From assembly GCA_046483125.1 (NCBI GenBank), contig JAWODU010000027.1, forward strand, positions 1 through 63,500: a stretch of 63,500 nucleotides of DNA, in the 5' to 3' direction. The notes beneath the pieces were generated by a model that saw nothing but the letters and a program-made list of their open reading frames with translations, did no database searches and had not been told where the DNA came from. A program made the position numbers and the translations under genes. The number at the start of each line of letters is the position of its first letter. Within the stretch, counting starts at the first letter, position 1. Below are positions 28,224 through 39,493 of the stretch, piece by piece. This DNA is from Kiritimatiellia bacterium. Lineage in GTDB: Bacteria; Verrucomicrobiota; Kiritimatiellia; UBA8416; JAWODU01.

Positions 28224-30713
28224 ATGCGTTTTGCCTATTACAGGGACCTGAGCCCCGGCAAAAAAAGGATCTACCGCGCGAGTGACGCGATAGACCGCAT
28301 TCCGTTAAGACAAGGCGGCGAAATAGCTCCCCTGACGGTCAAACTGCACCGTGCGCTGGAAAAAAACAAGAAGGGCGCCGTGGCAAAACTGGCTTCGGGC
28401 ATTTGCAAAAGAATATGCCGTGAACTGGGAATAATATCGCCGATCGTGAAAATCAGGGCCTCGCGGCCGTCTTCTTCGGCCGAAGAGCTTCACGGTGTAT
28501 ACGAGCATACGGAAGGGGAGAAGCCGGTGATAACGGTCTGGATGAAGACCGCCGCAAAGAGACAGGTGGTGGCGTTCAAATCGTTCACAAGAACGGTACT
28601 GCACGAGCTTTGCCACCATATAGACTACGCGTATTTCAAGCTTTCCGATTCGTTCCACACGGAAGGGTTTTTCAAAAGGGAATCGCGTCTTTACAGGGAA
28701 ATAGTCCCGGAAAAACTGAGGCGCAAAAAGGCGGCGCGAAAACCGTCCCGGAAGAAGGCAAAAAAAACCAAGGCGGTACCGCGGCAGATGGAGATGTTCA
28801 CCCTTCTTACGTTGATTCTACTGCCGGTGGTTGCCTGCCCAGGGGCCGAAGGAGAATCGCCGGAAGAACAGGTATGGGGGCGTTTTTCACCGGTAGAGGT
28901 CGACGATAAAGAGGTCATCACCGCACGCCACCGTTTCCGGATCGGTCCCTCCGGCCTTCCGGCGCAGATATTCATAAAACCGGACAAGCGCGAATTGCCC
29001 GCCTCCTGCCGCAAGGACCCGGAAAAGGCAACCGATGAAATGCTGATTGCCCGCGGACGCGGACCGCAGTTGCGCAAGCAGATTGAGCTTATCGCCCGGC
29101 TAAACGGCAAAGGGATTGTACTGAGCCCGGAAGAGGAAGCCGGGCTGGTGGATCTAAAACCGGCAGAGGCAATTTACGAATCCGTTCTTGCCGGGGGAAC
29201 ACTGCGGGTGCGCTCGCGCGCCCGGTACACCTGCGACGGGGCGCTGGTACTTGAACTGCGTGCAAGTGCCGTCAAAAGAACACGACTGGAGGAATTGTCC
29301 CTGGTAATGGAGCCGCAGGGGGCGGTGGATACGGTATATACCGGACTGCCCGCCGATTTTGATGCGGCCCGGTATGAACACGGCGCGCTTGATCTGCGGC
29401 CGCGTAAAGGAACCGGTGAGATATGGAACAGTTCGGACGCCAGGGCATCTTCTCCGCATGGTATCCTTCGCTACGCGGGCTTCATGTTCGTCGGCAGTGG
29501 CGACCGGGGATTTACTTTCTACGGTCCAGCCGTCGGGAAAGACGGCACGCCGGTTGCACTCACCCGCGGCGAAACAGGCCGCCTGACATGGCGAATGCCT
29601 TTGCTCGGAGGACCCGGGGTAATTGACGCCGGGGAGGAACAGGAACTCCAAACGGCTGTTATCCAGGTCCATCCCGCGGTGTTCCGGGCGCCGGGTTTCC
29701 GGAGGGAACAATGGCTTTCATGGGGCAGTTGCAGTTTTACCAACGCTCCCGTATTCGGCCGTATGAATCTGCTTTCTCTACGTGAAGCGCGGATTGAGGC
29801 GGCTGAAGGAAAAGCGGAACTGCCGGTACTGCCTTCTCCGCTCGGCGTCACACTTGAAGCGTTCGGGCGCGGGCTCGTTCTCGGCGGAACTGCGGGCGCG
29901 CACGTGCCTTCGCGGGACCGGGACCTCACCGATCTTTATCCCCTTTCGCTTTTCCGGTATTTCTGCGGGACGCATACGGGGCTCCCCGCATGGGTCAGGC
30001 CGAACGTTCGGGATATCCTCACTCCCGGAGACGATCCGTCTCCCGGCCGGCAGGTGCTCGGGCGCGCACTGCTGAACGATATCGGGGTTCACCCCGCGGG
30101 TCTCGCTCAACCCGTGGACTTTCTGCGGGTTACCCGCATTATGGAAGCTTTCGGAGCATACAGCGGGGACGGCTGGACGGAAGTAATTCCTTACTGGCGA
30201 AGCGATGCACTCGCGCGTTACGGCGAGAAGTTCAGCGAAGACGACGGCTTTGAGCTGACCCGGGAAGACCCCTGCAAACGCGTCCATATAACGATCTACC
30301 GGCGTCCGGAGGATCCCGGGCGGCTCGCGAGAGGTTACAAGGCCGTACTCGTTGTGATGAACGAAACGGAAACACCTGTTCGCGAAAGAGTGTTTCTCCC
30401 GGACCCCGGGAAACTTTTGCGGGGCGGGAACCGGACCACCGGCATGGATATTCTGAAAAGGATGGATTTTTCCAAGGCGGGAGCTGTACGCGACGGGAAA
30501 GCATGGCATCCCCGCGCGTTCGCGAGTTTTCACGGTTACTACAGAAATCCGGCCCTGAAGGACCTGGAAGACAGCGGGATTATTCCACAGGCTTCCACGA
30601 AACTGCGGGATGAGGACATCTACGGCCCGGTATTTATCCGTTCGGGCGATTTCCGGCTTCTTTATGTCTCATCCCTCCGGCGTGATTGCGGACCGGAGGC
30701 CGGTATGAAATGA
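28224..30713 (+). CDS. Apparent fusion: SprT-like HExxH metalloprotein (aa 1-192) joined to a secreted short DUF6067-like protein
   Basis: HELCH motif and Lys-rich tail ending QMEMF, followed at once by signal-peptide-like TLLTLILLPVVACPG and a domain paralogous to 41268-43067. Confidence 0.65.
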   Translation: MRFAYYRDLSPGKKRIYRASDAIDRIPLRQGGEIAPLTVKLHRALEKNKKGAVAKLASGICKRICRELGIISPIVKIRASRPSSSAEELHGVYEHTEGEKPVITVWMKTAAKRQVVAFKSFTRTVLHELCHHIDYAYFKLSDSFHTEGFFKRESRLYREIVPEKLRRKKAARKPSRKKAKKTKAVPRQMEMFTLLTLILLPVVACPGAEGESPEEQVWGRFSPVEVDDKEVITARHRFRIGPSGLPAQIFIKPDKRELPASCRKDPEKATDEMLIARGRGPQLRKQIELIARLNGKGIVLSPEEEAGLVDLKPAEAIYESVLAGGTLRVRSRARYTCDGALVLELRASAVKRTRLEELSLVMEPQGAVDTVYTGLPADFDAARYEHGALDLRPRKGTGEIWNSSDARASSPHGILRYAGFMFVGSGDRGFTFYGPAVGKDGTPVALTRGETGRLTWRMPLLGGPGVIDAGEEQELQTAVIQVHPAVFRAPGFRREQWLSWGSCSFTNAPVFGRMNLLSLREARIEAAEGKAELPVLPSPLGVTLEAFGRGLVLGGTAGAHVPSRDRDLTDLYPLSLFRYFCGTHTGLPAWVRPNVRDILTPGDDPSPGRQVLGRALLNDIGVHPAGLAQPVDFLRVTRIMEAFGAYSGDGWTEVIPYWRSDALARYGEKFSEDDGFELTREDPCKRVHITIYRRPEDPGRLARGYKAVLVVMNETETPVRERVFLPDPGKLLRGGNRTTGMDILKRMDFSKAGAVRDGKAWHPRAFASFHGYYRNPALKDLEDSGIIPQASTKLRDEDIYGPVFIRSGDFRLLYVSSLRRDCGPEAGMK

Positions 30714-33700
30714 ATACGCCAAAGTTACTGTTAATAATTCTCTGCGCAGGCGCCTTAATTTCCTTTTCGCCGCGCGGCACCGGGGAAGCGAGGGCGGATG
30801 CCGAGACGCCGGCATCTTCCGGCCCGGCATCCATGGTTGACGAGCCGGTTTTCCGCATTCCCATGACACGGGAGGCGCCGCATATCGACGGTGTAATGGA
30901 ATCCGGGGAGTGGGCAGATTCGTCGGCTCTTTCGGGGTTCTGGTACGACCGGCACCACGGCAATTTTCTCTTCCTGGCCGCGCCCGAGACACAGCTGGAG
31001 GTGTACGGCGCGTACGACAGGGAAAACCTCTACATTGCCTATACTTCTCCCGTCTGGCCCGAGGGGGCCTGGCTGAAGGCGTGGGGTAAGTTTCCGGATG
31101 TCACGCATCACCCGCAGTACGGGTTGATATGGGACGACCATATCGAGTTCGATATCCGGCCTTATCCCGACAATACGCGCGGGTACGAACTCGGCATCTT
31201 CAAGTGGTTTGTGAATCCCCTGGGGCTGACGGCTGATCTTTACTGGTCGCCTGAGACCGGCGGACTGCACCGATGGCATTCCGGCGCCGCCATCGGCACG
31301 CGGGTAACCGACAAGAGGTGGGTGGTCGAGATGAAGGTCCCGCTCGAGTCATTCCGTTACGAATCATACTCGGGTACGGCGGGGGACGGCAAACCGCTGG
31401 TGCCGATTCCGCCGCACCCCGAATCCACGTACCGGATATGGTGCGCCCGGGGAATCGGAGGTACCCGCAGTTTTTTCAACGCTTACGACGCTCACCAGTG
31501 GAACATGACGAGAACCAGGATGATTCTCGACCCCGACACCGTCTCGTTCCAGATCAACAGACTGGGCCCCATCATGGAGGACGTCGTCGACCTGGATCTT
31601 ACAGTAAAAAACCACGGTACGAGGAGCAGGACGGTAAAGCTGGGATTCTTCGTCGAAAACCCGGAAGAAACTATTTATTCAAGTTACGAAGACGAGGAAC
31701 TGAAGGACGGATTTCTCGAACTCCGTCCCGGCGAGGAACGCCGGCTGAACCTTCGCAAGGAAATGCCCGGCGTGGACCTGAACGGCAACGTTCTGTGGTT
31801 CGACGTCCGCCAGGCCGGCGATCCCGCGAAACCGGTTTACCGGACCCGGCTGATTAATTTTCATCACATGAACGGCGGTCAGTTCGAGCATCGCGACGGC
31901 AGTGTTACAAGCTTCCGCTGGGAACGTGTGGACGTCCTGAAAAGAATGCGTCCCATGAAGAGGACTTTCGGTTTTGAGTACGCCTATTCGCGGTATAAAA
32001 ACCGCTTCCACGCCATTGTCGACAAGGCGGTCGAGGGAGCAGAAGAAAAAATACGGCGCGCGCGTACCGCCAGGCTCATCGTTTCCACGGCCACTGACGA
32101 GGAACAGGTGGTCAAATCCGTGACGGAACCCTTCCGCGGCGACTACGCGACATTTCTGGTTGGCCTTCCGGAACTCCAGCCCGGCAAGTACAGACTTGCG
32201 GTACTGCTGTTTGACGAAAACCTCCGGCTCCTCGGCGACCGCACCACGGACGCGTTTACGGTCAAAGACTACCCCTGGATGCGCAACGGCATGGGAAAAG
32301 ACGATGTCGTGTGGTGGCCTTTCGAGCCGATGGAAATTACGGACGGGGGTTTTAAAACACTCAAGCACAGTTTCACCGTAGGTGAAAACGGTCTTCCGGA
32401 GCAGATCCGCATAAAACCGGACAAGCGCGACCTTCCCCTGGAATTGCGCGAAAACGATGAAGATATCGACGAGCAACTGCTTGTGACCCTCGGCCGGGGA
32501 CCGCAGTTGTCCTCGCCGATGCGCATTGAGGCGGTTATCGACGGTAGGCGCGTCCGTGCGGAGGTCCTGAACGAAGCCGAGCTCGTCCGGAAATGGAAAA
32601 GCGAACTCGAATACCGGTCCCGACTGCGGCTCGGTCCGCTGGACGCAACTATCGAAGTTCGGTACGACGCCGACGGGGCGATGACCTGCGACATGGAATA
32701 CAATTCATGCGAAACCGCGTCGATAGACCGGCTCCAGCTCGTGGCTGAATTCCGGGGCGGGTTTCAATTTGCCGCATCATCGAAAGCGGGCAAAAACGCG
32801 ACCCTCTCCGGAGCGGTCATTCCGGAGGTAAAACTCGGGCCCGGACCGGGAGTTGTATGGGACAGCACCGGTCCCGACCGGTCTCCGCTGTACTACTCGA
32901 CCATGGTGCCCATTCTGACCTTCGGCAACGGCGACCGCGGCTTTACGTGGATATCCGACAGCGACCGCGGGTGGGTTCTGGACCGCGACGGTTCGACCCT
33001 GCAATTGATCCGCCGAAATAACGACAGCCTGCGCATGGAGGTTTCGTTTGTTAATCACACGTCGGTAGTGGACGACGAAAAACGGAGATTACGGTTTATG
33101 CTCCTGACTCATCCGGCCAAGCCGAAGCCCGCGCAATACCGGCGCATTGCGTATTTTCGCGAACACTTCTGCTTCGGCGAGGCACGGGCCATGCGTTTCA
33201 GGGGCCAGATGCCCGCGATCCCGGCCACCCTGGATAACGCGCTGACCGGTGACCTGACCGGCGTGACCGAACGGCCGCCCGAGAGAATCCGTCGAAAGGA
33301 AATCGTCAACGGCGAGGAGAAATGGGTAACCAGGGAAGCCGGGGGCATATTCGCCAACATGAACAGGGTGTGGGCGGACTGGGCCGTTTTGAATCTGTGG
33401 CAAGAGGCCAGGGAAGAAAACCTGACCGGGTGGTGGTGGAAGGAAACATGGCCTCCGGGATTCGTCAACAACATGGCGCTTGGAAACGGCTCTTTCAGGG
33501 ACCCGCAGGAAATTCGTGAAGGCGAACTTCCGTGACAGGGGGCGCACCTGACAATACAGATGAGGAATGCGTTCAAGCGGATGGCACGGATATTTACCGC
33601 AAACGGCAAACGGCTGGAAAGCGGCTACTGGGCAAATGCAGCGGCAACCGTGTTCGAGTCGTTTTCGAGCGATACTTCGATGGTTGAAGGAGCGGGTTCC

Positions 33701-34435
33701 ACGCATCTCAGTTCCGAGGTGGACAACGTAATGGTGTTTTCTCCGGAACTTTTTACCTATAATGCGCACCGTTTCACGGGCCTGCCCGCGCGCGTTGTTC
33801 CGCAGGGCCCGCAGAGGTCGGGCGACGACCCCGTGTTCGACCGCCAGCTTTTCGGCCGGGCACTGCTTAACGACGTCGGCGCCCATCCCGAGGGCGGGCA
33901 GGGCTCGTTTGCTCACGTGGACGAGGCACTGAGGTTCGTCAACGCCCTCATCGACTTCGGCTACTTCAAAGACGACAGGAAAACAGAGATGATTCCTTAC
34001 TGGCGCATTGAAGACATTGTTGATTTCATTGCCGTAGAAGGCGGCAATAAACAGGACGTTGACGATGTTTTCATAAGCGCGTACCGGCGTCCCGCGCGGA
34101 ACGGCGGTTTCAAGGCTATGCTTGTGATCATGAACGAAGAACAGCATGCAGTGAGGGGTATGGTGAATTTCCGCGATCTCGAGCGTCTGCTCCGGGGAAT
34201 GAACGTGCTTACGGTAAGCGACATTGCCGGAAATTTCCGTATACCGGCCGGGAGCGGGGACGCGATGGACAGCGCTCTTGCAGGATGGCGAAAGAGCACC
34301 GAAAATGCGCTTCTCAATATGGAAAGCGGCGCCTTTGTCACCCGTGCCGCGGACGGAGCGGGGAAACTGTACGGCCCGGTATATATTCCGCGCCATGATT
34401 ACATGCTTCTTTTCGCCCGCGGGCCGGACGCGTAG
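30710..34435 (+). pseudogene. Long CBM9-like plus DUF6067-like glycoside hydrolase, split by an in-frame TGA
   Basis: GELP-TGA(33533-33535)-QGAHLTIQMRNAFKR aligns with GELPWHRGFLETYMRTLQKR of 43064-46840; the frame continues to 34435. Confidence 0.85.
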
Positions 34436-34500
34436 AGGCACAGGGAATGCCCTCCGGCGTTTGAATGTAGAATGAACTCGCGATTATCGGGGACAGGAAG

Positions 34501-34537
34501 GAACCTGGACAAGGTTTAGAACCTGGACAAGGTTTAG
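34501..34537. repeat. Tandem 18-bp palindromic repeat downstream of RAYT
   Basis: GAACCTGGACAAGGTTTA x2, with internal AACCT/AGGTT arms. Confidence 0.85.
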
Positions 34538-34606
34538 CCTCGCTAACTTTCTCTGACCCAGTGTGTTACGTTGAACAATGCTTCCTGAAGGGCTCTTAGC
34601 GGACGG

Positions 34607-35347
34607 CTAGGAACTGTTTGGGGTTCCGTAAGAGGATCGTTCCTCATGAACGACCCATTCGCCGCCTTCCGGCGTCCTGTTCACGGAAAGTCTGACACGT
34701 TGAGGGTAGAGCCCCTTCAAACTGCTCACAAAATTCTCCGAGCCGACAGCCAGGGCAGTGGTCCAATGTTCTTCACGCCCAAGACCGCCGGCAGAGAGGC
34801 GCTGTTCGATTGACCCTTTGTACCATTCATGGAATTTATCAGCTGATCCGAAGCCCACACGTTCCGCGAGGCCATTGATGTCCAGAATACGATAGCGGCT
34901 TCGCTGTCCGGTGAGTTCGTCGTAGCCGCACCATCGCCACTCACGCGGGTGTGCCGCCTCGCCTGCGCGGACCATGTTAAGATCTATGTAGCGAATGCAG
35001 TTGAGGAGATGCCGTCCGTCCTGAATGATTGTGCAATGGTAAGGATGTTCCCACATTGACCCGTTTCGGTTGTTCCGGGGATTGTAGTGCATGGCAAGCG
35101 ATCCGGCTGCCAGCTGCATAAGTTTGCCCACAGCTTCCCTGTCCACGGCATGAACGACTACGTGGACGTGGTTACGAGTGATTGAATACGCGTAGACTGG
35201 AACGCGGAAACGGGCCACCCCCTCGCGGAGCCACTCCCGGTACCGTTGCCTGTCTTTTCGCGCCCTGAGAAGGAACTCCTTCCCATGACAGCGATGGGTG
35301 AGATGGTACGTGTAACCCTCAATAAGATAACGTGACGCTCTTGGCAT
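34607..35347 (-). mobile_element. REP-associated tyrosine transposase (RAYT, Y1/IS200-like HUH)
   Basis: YHLTHRC, HUH motif NHVH, catalytic YIDLNMVRAG, WRWCGY. Confidence 0.9.
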
Positions 35348-35471
35348 AGCCTGGATAATAGCATTACACCTACCGAGTTAGAGCACAAAAATGCACAATC
35401 TGCCGTTCGCTAAGGCACAAGTTTACGCTCAGCAGACTCATATGTACCTCTCCTACAGTAACTTACGGAGG

Positions 35472-35522
35472 CTAATCCTCAGGACTCCTCTAATCCTCAG
35501 GACTCCTAATCCTCAGGACTCC
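35472..35522. repeat. Tandem 16-bp repeat upstream of RAYT
   Basis: CTAATCCTCAGGACTC x3 with TCCT-C-AGGA core palindrome. Confidence 0.85.
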
Positions 35523-35607
35523 AGCACTTATGCCGCGTTCGGGATGCTCTCTTGCGTGCAAAGCCGTGATAAGGCTATGCTCTTTCGAAGCAAGACGGGA
35601 GGAAGAA

Positions 35608-36738
35608 ATGAAACCTGAAAAGTCGTCACTGTTCACACCGCACACGTGTAAGGAGTCCGGAGTAATTTCCCATATTCTTACCGAACGGGTCGCGCCCGTG
35701 CAGGAGGCGTTTTATTTTGTCAATGACGGCAGTTCGCGTGACGGTCGGTACCTCTGGTTCTACTGCGCGTATCCTCCGTCTGGAACGGCGCACCAGGGAC
35801 GAACCCTCGGTGTGGTGAATTTCGAGACGGAAACTGTACGGAATTATCCCGAGACACAGTTTTCGGAAGCGTCTCCATACGTAGTGCCGGAGACGGGCGA
35901 GGTTTTCTGGGGACTGAACGGCAAGTATTGGCGTCGGCGGCCGGAGCCGGAGGGAGAGGTAAAGAAAATCGGTGAACTGCCTGCCGACTGGACGGGAGAC
36001 CGAAGGGTCCTGCGTTCGGCGACACACCTGACCCGTTCGGCGGATGGGAAGGAAATCTTTATTGACTGCGGATTTGAACTGCAGTGGCGGTTTGGATCAT
36101 TGTCCATCGAAACCGGAGAAATGACTCCGTGGCGCCGGTTCGACCGGCTCCACAACCACGCGCAATTCAGCCCGACCGATCCGGACATGGCGCTTTTCGC
36201 GCAGGAAAACCATCGCGATCCGGTCACGGGACTGACGTTCCGGATAACGGACCGCATGCACCTGATAAGGCGGGGCGAAGCGCCGCGCCCCCTCTTTCCG
36301 AACCCCACGCGTGCAACGCACGAGTGGTGGGACAGTGACGGGCGGCACGTCTGGTACATTGCGTGGCAAAACGGTCATCACAGTGTATGGCGCGCTTCGA
36401 CTGAAACCGCCGAGACGGCGGAAGTCTGGCCGGGCACGGGGTGGCACGCACACGACAGCGGGGACGGCAGGGCAGTGGTGGCGGACCATGTCGACAATCC
36501 GGGGGGCTTCTACCGGGGCGCCGCTTCATCGGTTCATTTCCTCAATCGCGAGACAGGCGGGACCGTATGCGTTGCCAGGAACCCGGCCAGGACCGACTAC
36601 GCCGGAAAGTACTATCATATCGATCCCCATCCGCGTTTTCTCGGAGGCGGGCGTTATATCATCTTCACCACTACGGTACTGGGAAATGTCGATTTGGCAC
36701 TGGTTTCCGTTGACGAACTTTTCAAGAAGACGGCTTGA
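35608..36738 (+). CDS. Oligogalacturonate-lyase-like (TolB-like) beta-propeller protein
   Basis: FYFVN, NHAQFSPTDP, HEWW, HIDPHPRF motifs; GGAGG RBS. Confidence 0.8.
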   Translation: MKPEKSSLFTPHTCKESGVISHILTERVAPVQEAFYFVNDGSSRDGRYLWFYCAYPPSGTAHQGRTLGVVNFETETVRNYPETQFSEASPYVVPETGEVFWGLNGKYWRRRPEPEGEVKKIGELPADWTGDRRVLRSATHLTRSADGKEIFIDCGFELQWRFGSLSIETGEMTPWRRFDRLHNHAQFSPTDPDMALFAQENHRDPVTGLTFRITDRMHLIRRGEAPRPLFPNPTRATHEWWDSDGRHVWYIAWQNGHHSVWRASTETAETAEVWPGTGWHAHDSGDGRAVVADHVDNPGGFYRGAASSVHFLNRETGGTVCVARNPARTDYAGKYYHIDPHPRFLGGGRYIIFTTTVLGNVDLALVSVDELFKKTA

Positions 36739-36763
36739 ATTTCTAGCTAAGAAAGCGCGATTC

Positions 36764-39493
36764 ATGACCGACATTATTTGGATAGATACTTCTGAATTTC
36801 GCGACTACGGAGGATGGACGCTTGACACCCAGTTCACCCATCATATCGGATCGCCCTGCCTGATGGCTGTCGGGATAGGGGACCCGGTGGCGGACGCGCG
36901 CCACGAACTGGAGATACCCGCGGACGGCCGTTACCGCCTCTGGGTGCTGGCGCGCAACTGGCTGAAGGAATACACGCCTGGCACGTTCACGGTCGGTGTG
37001 CGTTTCTTCCGCACGCAGGTCGAACTTTCCTCCGGAAAGGTTTTCGGCGCCGCCGGAAGCGATGAGTGGGTGTGGGAGGACGCCGGTCTCTTCGATCTTT
37101 CACGAGGGCGTCTGCTCCTCAGCCTGCACGACCTGACGGGTTACTACGGACGTTGCGCAATTTTACTGCTTACCACGGACCTTGACTACAGGCCGCCGGC
37201 GGGCGCCGACGCCATACTGGCGGAGCGACTGCGTGTTAAGGGAATTCCGCCGGAACCTGCGCCTCAACCGCATCACGACCTTGTCGTGGCCGGAGCCGGA
37301 ATTGCCGGTGTATGCGCCGCCATAGCCGCCGCGCGGCACGGCCTGAGTGTCGCGCTCCTGCAGGATCGTCCCATGGTGGGCGGCAACGCCAGCAGTGAAT
37401 GCGGGGTGTCGGTAAACGGAGCGGCCATTCGTTTTGACAACGCGCGTGAAGGCGGAATTGTCGAAGAAATCGCCCGCGAACAGGCTGTTCTCAATACTAC
37501 GGAGTCCACAACGGCCTGCGAACGTCTGCTGGCCCGCGAACGGAATATTTCCGTATTCACCAATCAGCGCGTTATCGGCGTAAACATGCCCACGCCGAAG
37601 CGCATTGCCGCTCTCAGAACCATCAACCCCGTAACCGCACTCCCGGCCGTGTATCCGGCCGATCTTTTCGTAGACGCCACGGGTGACGGCTGGGTAGGAA
37701 GCTTTGCCGGGGCGGAGTACATGTTCGGCCGCGAAGCCAGGGGCGATTTCGGCGAGTCCGTAGCGGTGGAAAAGGCCGACCGCAGGACAATGTCCGGCTG
37801 TATCATGGGCAACACGACCAGCTTTCGCGCCGAGCCAACCGGCTGCGAAGTGCCTTACGCGCCGCCCCCATGGGCCCCGCGTTTTCCCGCGGAAGAGGAA
37901 TTCGGGCGTTACGTGGGCCGCGTAGAGCAGGGGGAATGGTGGATGGAACACGCGGGCACCATTGACGACATGGCCGAGCCCGAGCGCGCCCGTGACGAAC
38001 TGATTCGCATCAGCCACGGATACTGGGACTACGTGAAAAACGTATGGAGCGGGCGAGAGAGAGCGCGCAACTGGCGGCTCACCCGCATGCCTTATGTGAA
38101 CGCGAGGCGCGAAGGCCGCCGCCTCGTGGGAGATTATGTGCTCACGCAGAATGACGTCCAGTCTTCGTCCCGTTTCCCCGACCGGATATCCTACGGAGGA
38201 TGGCCCGTGGATCTGCATCACCCGGAAGGTATTTTCTCGGGCACCGCCGGGCCGTTTTATTACAACGGCAGGGCGGAGGATTACACTATCCCGTACCGCT
38301 GTCTTTACTCGAAAAACATAGAGAACCTGTTTCTTTCCGGACGAGCGGTAAGCGTAACGCACGTTGCCCTGGGCACGGTACGGGTAATGGGCACACTCGG
38401 CACCCTGGGACAGGCCGCCGGTGTTGCCGCGGCGCTGTGCAAACGTCACGGAGTCAGTCCGCGCGGCGTTTACACGGATTACATTGCCGAACTTCAGCAG
38501 TGTCTACTCAGGGACGACCAGTACATTCCGAACGTGGTAAATGAAGACCCCGGCGACCTCGCCCGCGCGGCGCGCGTTTCGGCCGCCTCGACCGCCTCCT
38601 CCGCGCGGCTGACCCGCGCGGAAGCCCTTCGGAGTCACAGGGATATGGCTCCGGGACGTTACGCAATTCTCCTGGGCACCCGGGCCGCCGGTAAGCGAGT
38701 TTCAAGCGTAAGTATTTTCTGCTCCAGCGCGGTTGAAACCGAGTTGGTCATTGACGCACATCCACTTGACGGAAAACCGGAAACACTGTCGGAACCGTCC
38801 GTGACCCGCCGTGTACCGGTTCCGGTCCGGCACGCCGGATTCGTAACCTGCCCCCTCGGCGTCGAACCGGGAAGGGCGGGACTGGCGCTGGTTGTACAGC
38901 CGGCAGAGGGCCTGGTCCTGGCGCATGGCGAGATCAACGTGCCGGGGGTACGTTACGCGGCGGTTGCCGACGACGGCGCTCTTTCCGGCGCGCGCGGCCG
39001 CCCGGCATTCTACCTGGACCCGCTTATCGAATGGCCGATGGACTACGCCCCCGAAAACGTCATCGACGGGGTGTCGCGCCAGGCCGGAGACAAAAGCCAC
39101 GCCTGGGTTTCGGATCCGGAGAGTTCCCTGCCGCAGGACCTCACGCTGGAATTCGACGGACCGGTTACTTTCAACACGGTGCAGTTCACGTTCGACACGG
39201 ACATGAATGCCCCGCGTCTGGGCCACGGCCATATCAGGGGCGGTCCGGACCGCTGTATTCGGGACTACGTTGTGGAGGCCCGCGTTAAAGGCACTTGGCA
39301 GGAACTGCTGAGTGAGCCGGGCAACTATCAGCGCCGGCGGGTGCACTGCTTCAGCCCCGTCACGGCGGACGCACTTCGCCTTGTCGCCATCGCGACCCAC
39401 GGGGGTGCCTGCGCGCGTGTATTCGAGGTGCGCGTGTATAACGAAGGAGATTCCGGTTACGCCGGCGGAACGGTAAGAGAGACCGGGCGCTAA
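36764..39493 (+). CDS. FAD-dependent oxidoreductase (PF12831-like) with N- and C-terminal carbohydrate-binding-like domains
   Basis: GAGIAG Rossmann motif, GGNASSE, DATGDG, REGRR, TVRVMGT; C-terminal discoidin-like domain. Confidence 0.85.
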   Translation: MTDIIWIDTSEFRDYGGWTLDTQFTHHIGSPCLMAVGIGDPVADARHELEIPADGRYRLWVLARNWLKEYTPGTFTVGVRFFRTQVELSSGKVFGAAGSDEWVWEDAGLFDLSRGRLLLSLHDLTGYYGRCAILLLTTDLDYRPPAGADAILAERLRVKGIPPEPAPQPHHDLVVAGAGIAGVCAAIAAARHGLSVALLQDRPMVGGNASSECGVSVNGAAIRFDNAREGGIVEEIAREQAVLNTTESTTACERLLARERNISVFTNQRVIGVNMPTPKRIAALRTINPVTALPAVYPADLFVDATGDGWVGSFAGAEYMFGREARGDFGESVAVEKADRRTMSGCIMGNTTSFRAEPTGCEVPYAPPPWAPRFPAEEEFGRYVGRVEQGEWWMEHAGTIDDMAEPERARDELIRISHGYWDYVKNVWSGRERARNWRLTRMPYVNARREGRRLVGDYVLTQNDVQSSSRFPDRISYGGWPVDLHHPEGIFSGTAGPFYYNGRAEDYTIPYRCLYSKNIENLFLSGRAVSVTHVALGTVRVMGTLGTLGQAAGVAAALCKRHGVSPRGVYTDYIAELQQCLLRDDQYIPNVVNEDPGDLARAARVSAASTASSARLTRAEALRSHRDMAPGRYAILLGTRAAGKRVSSVSIFCSSAVETELVIDAHPLDGKPETLSEPSVTRRVPVPVRHAGFVTCPLGVEPGRAGLALVVQPAEGLVLAHGEINVPGVRYAAVADDGALSGARGRPAFYLDPLIEWPMDYAPENVIDGVSRQAGDKSHAWVSDPESSLPQDLTLEFDGPVTFNTVQFTFDTDMNAPRLGHGHIRGGPDRCIRDYVVEARVKGTWQELLSEPGNYQRRRVHCFSPVTADALRLVAIATHGGACARVFEVRVYNEGDSGYAGGTVRETGR

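Noticed and set aside
33533-33535. TGA recoded as Trp or Sec
   Set aside because: TGA ends many genes here, often in ATGA overlaps, and TGG is used widely. The aligned residue is Trp, not Cys, and no SECIS is evident.
34501-35522. CRISPR-like or IS terminal inverted repeats around the transposase
   Set aside because: These are direct tandem units without spacers, and the left and right units are not inverted copies of each other
36311-36763. N-terminal extension of the FAD oxidoreductase ORF
   Set aside because: Overlaps the Ogl-like gene in another frame; the likely start is ATG 36764
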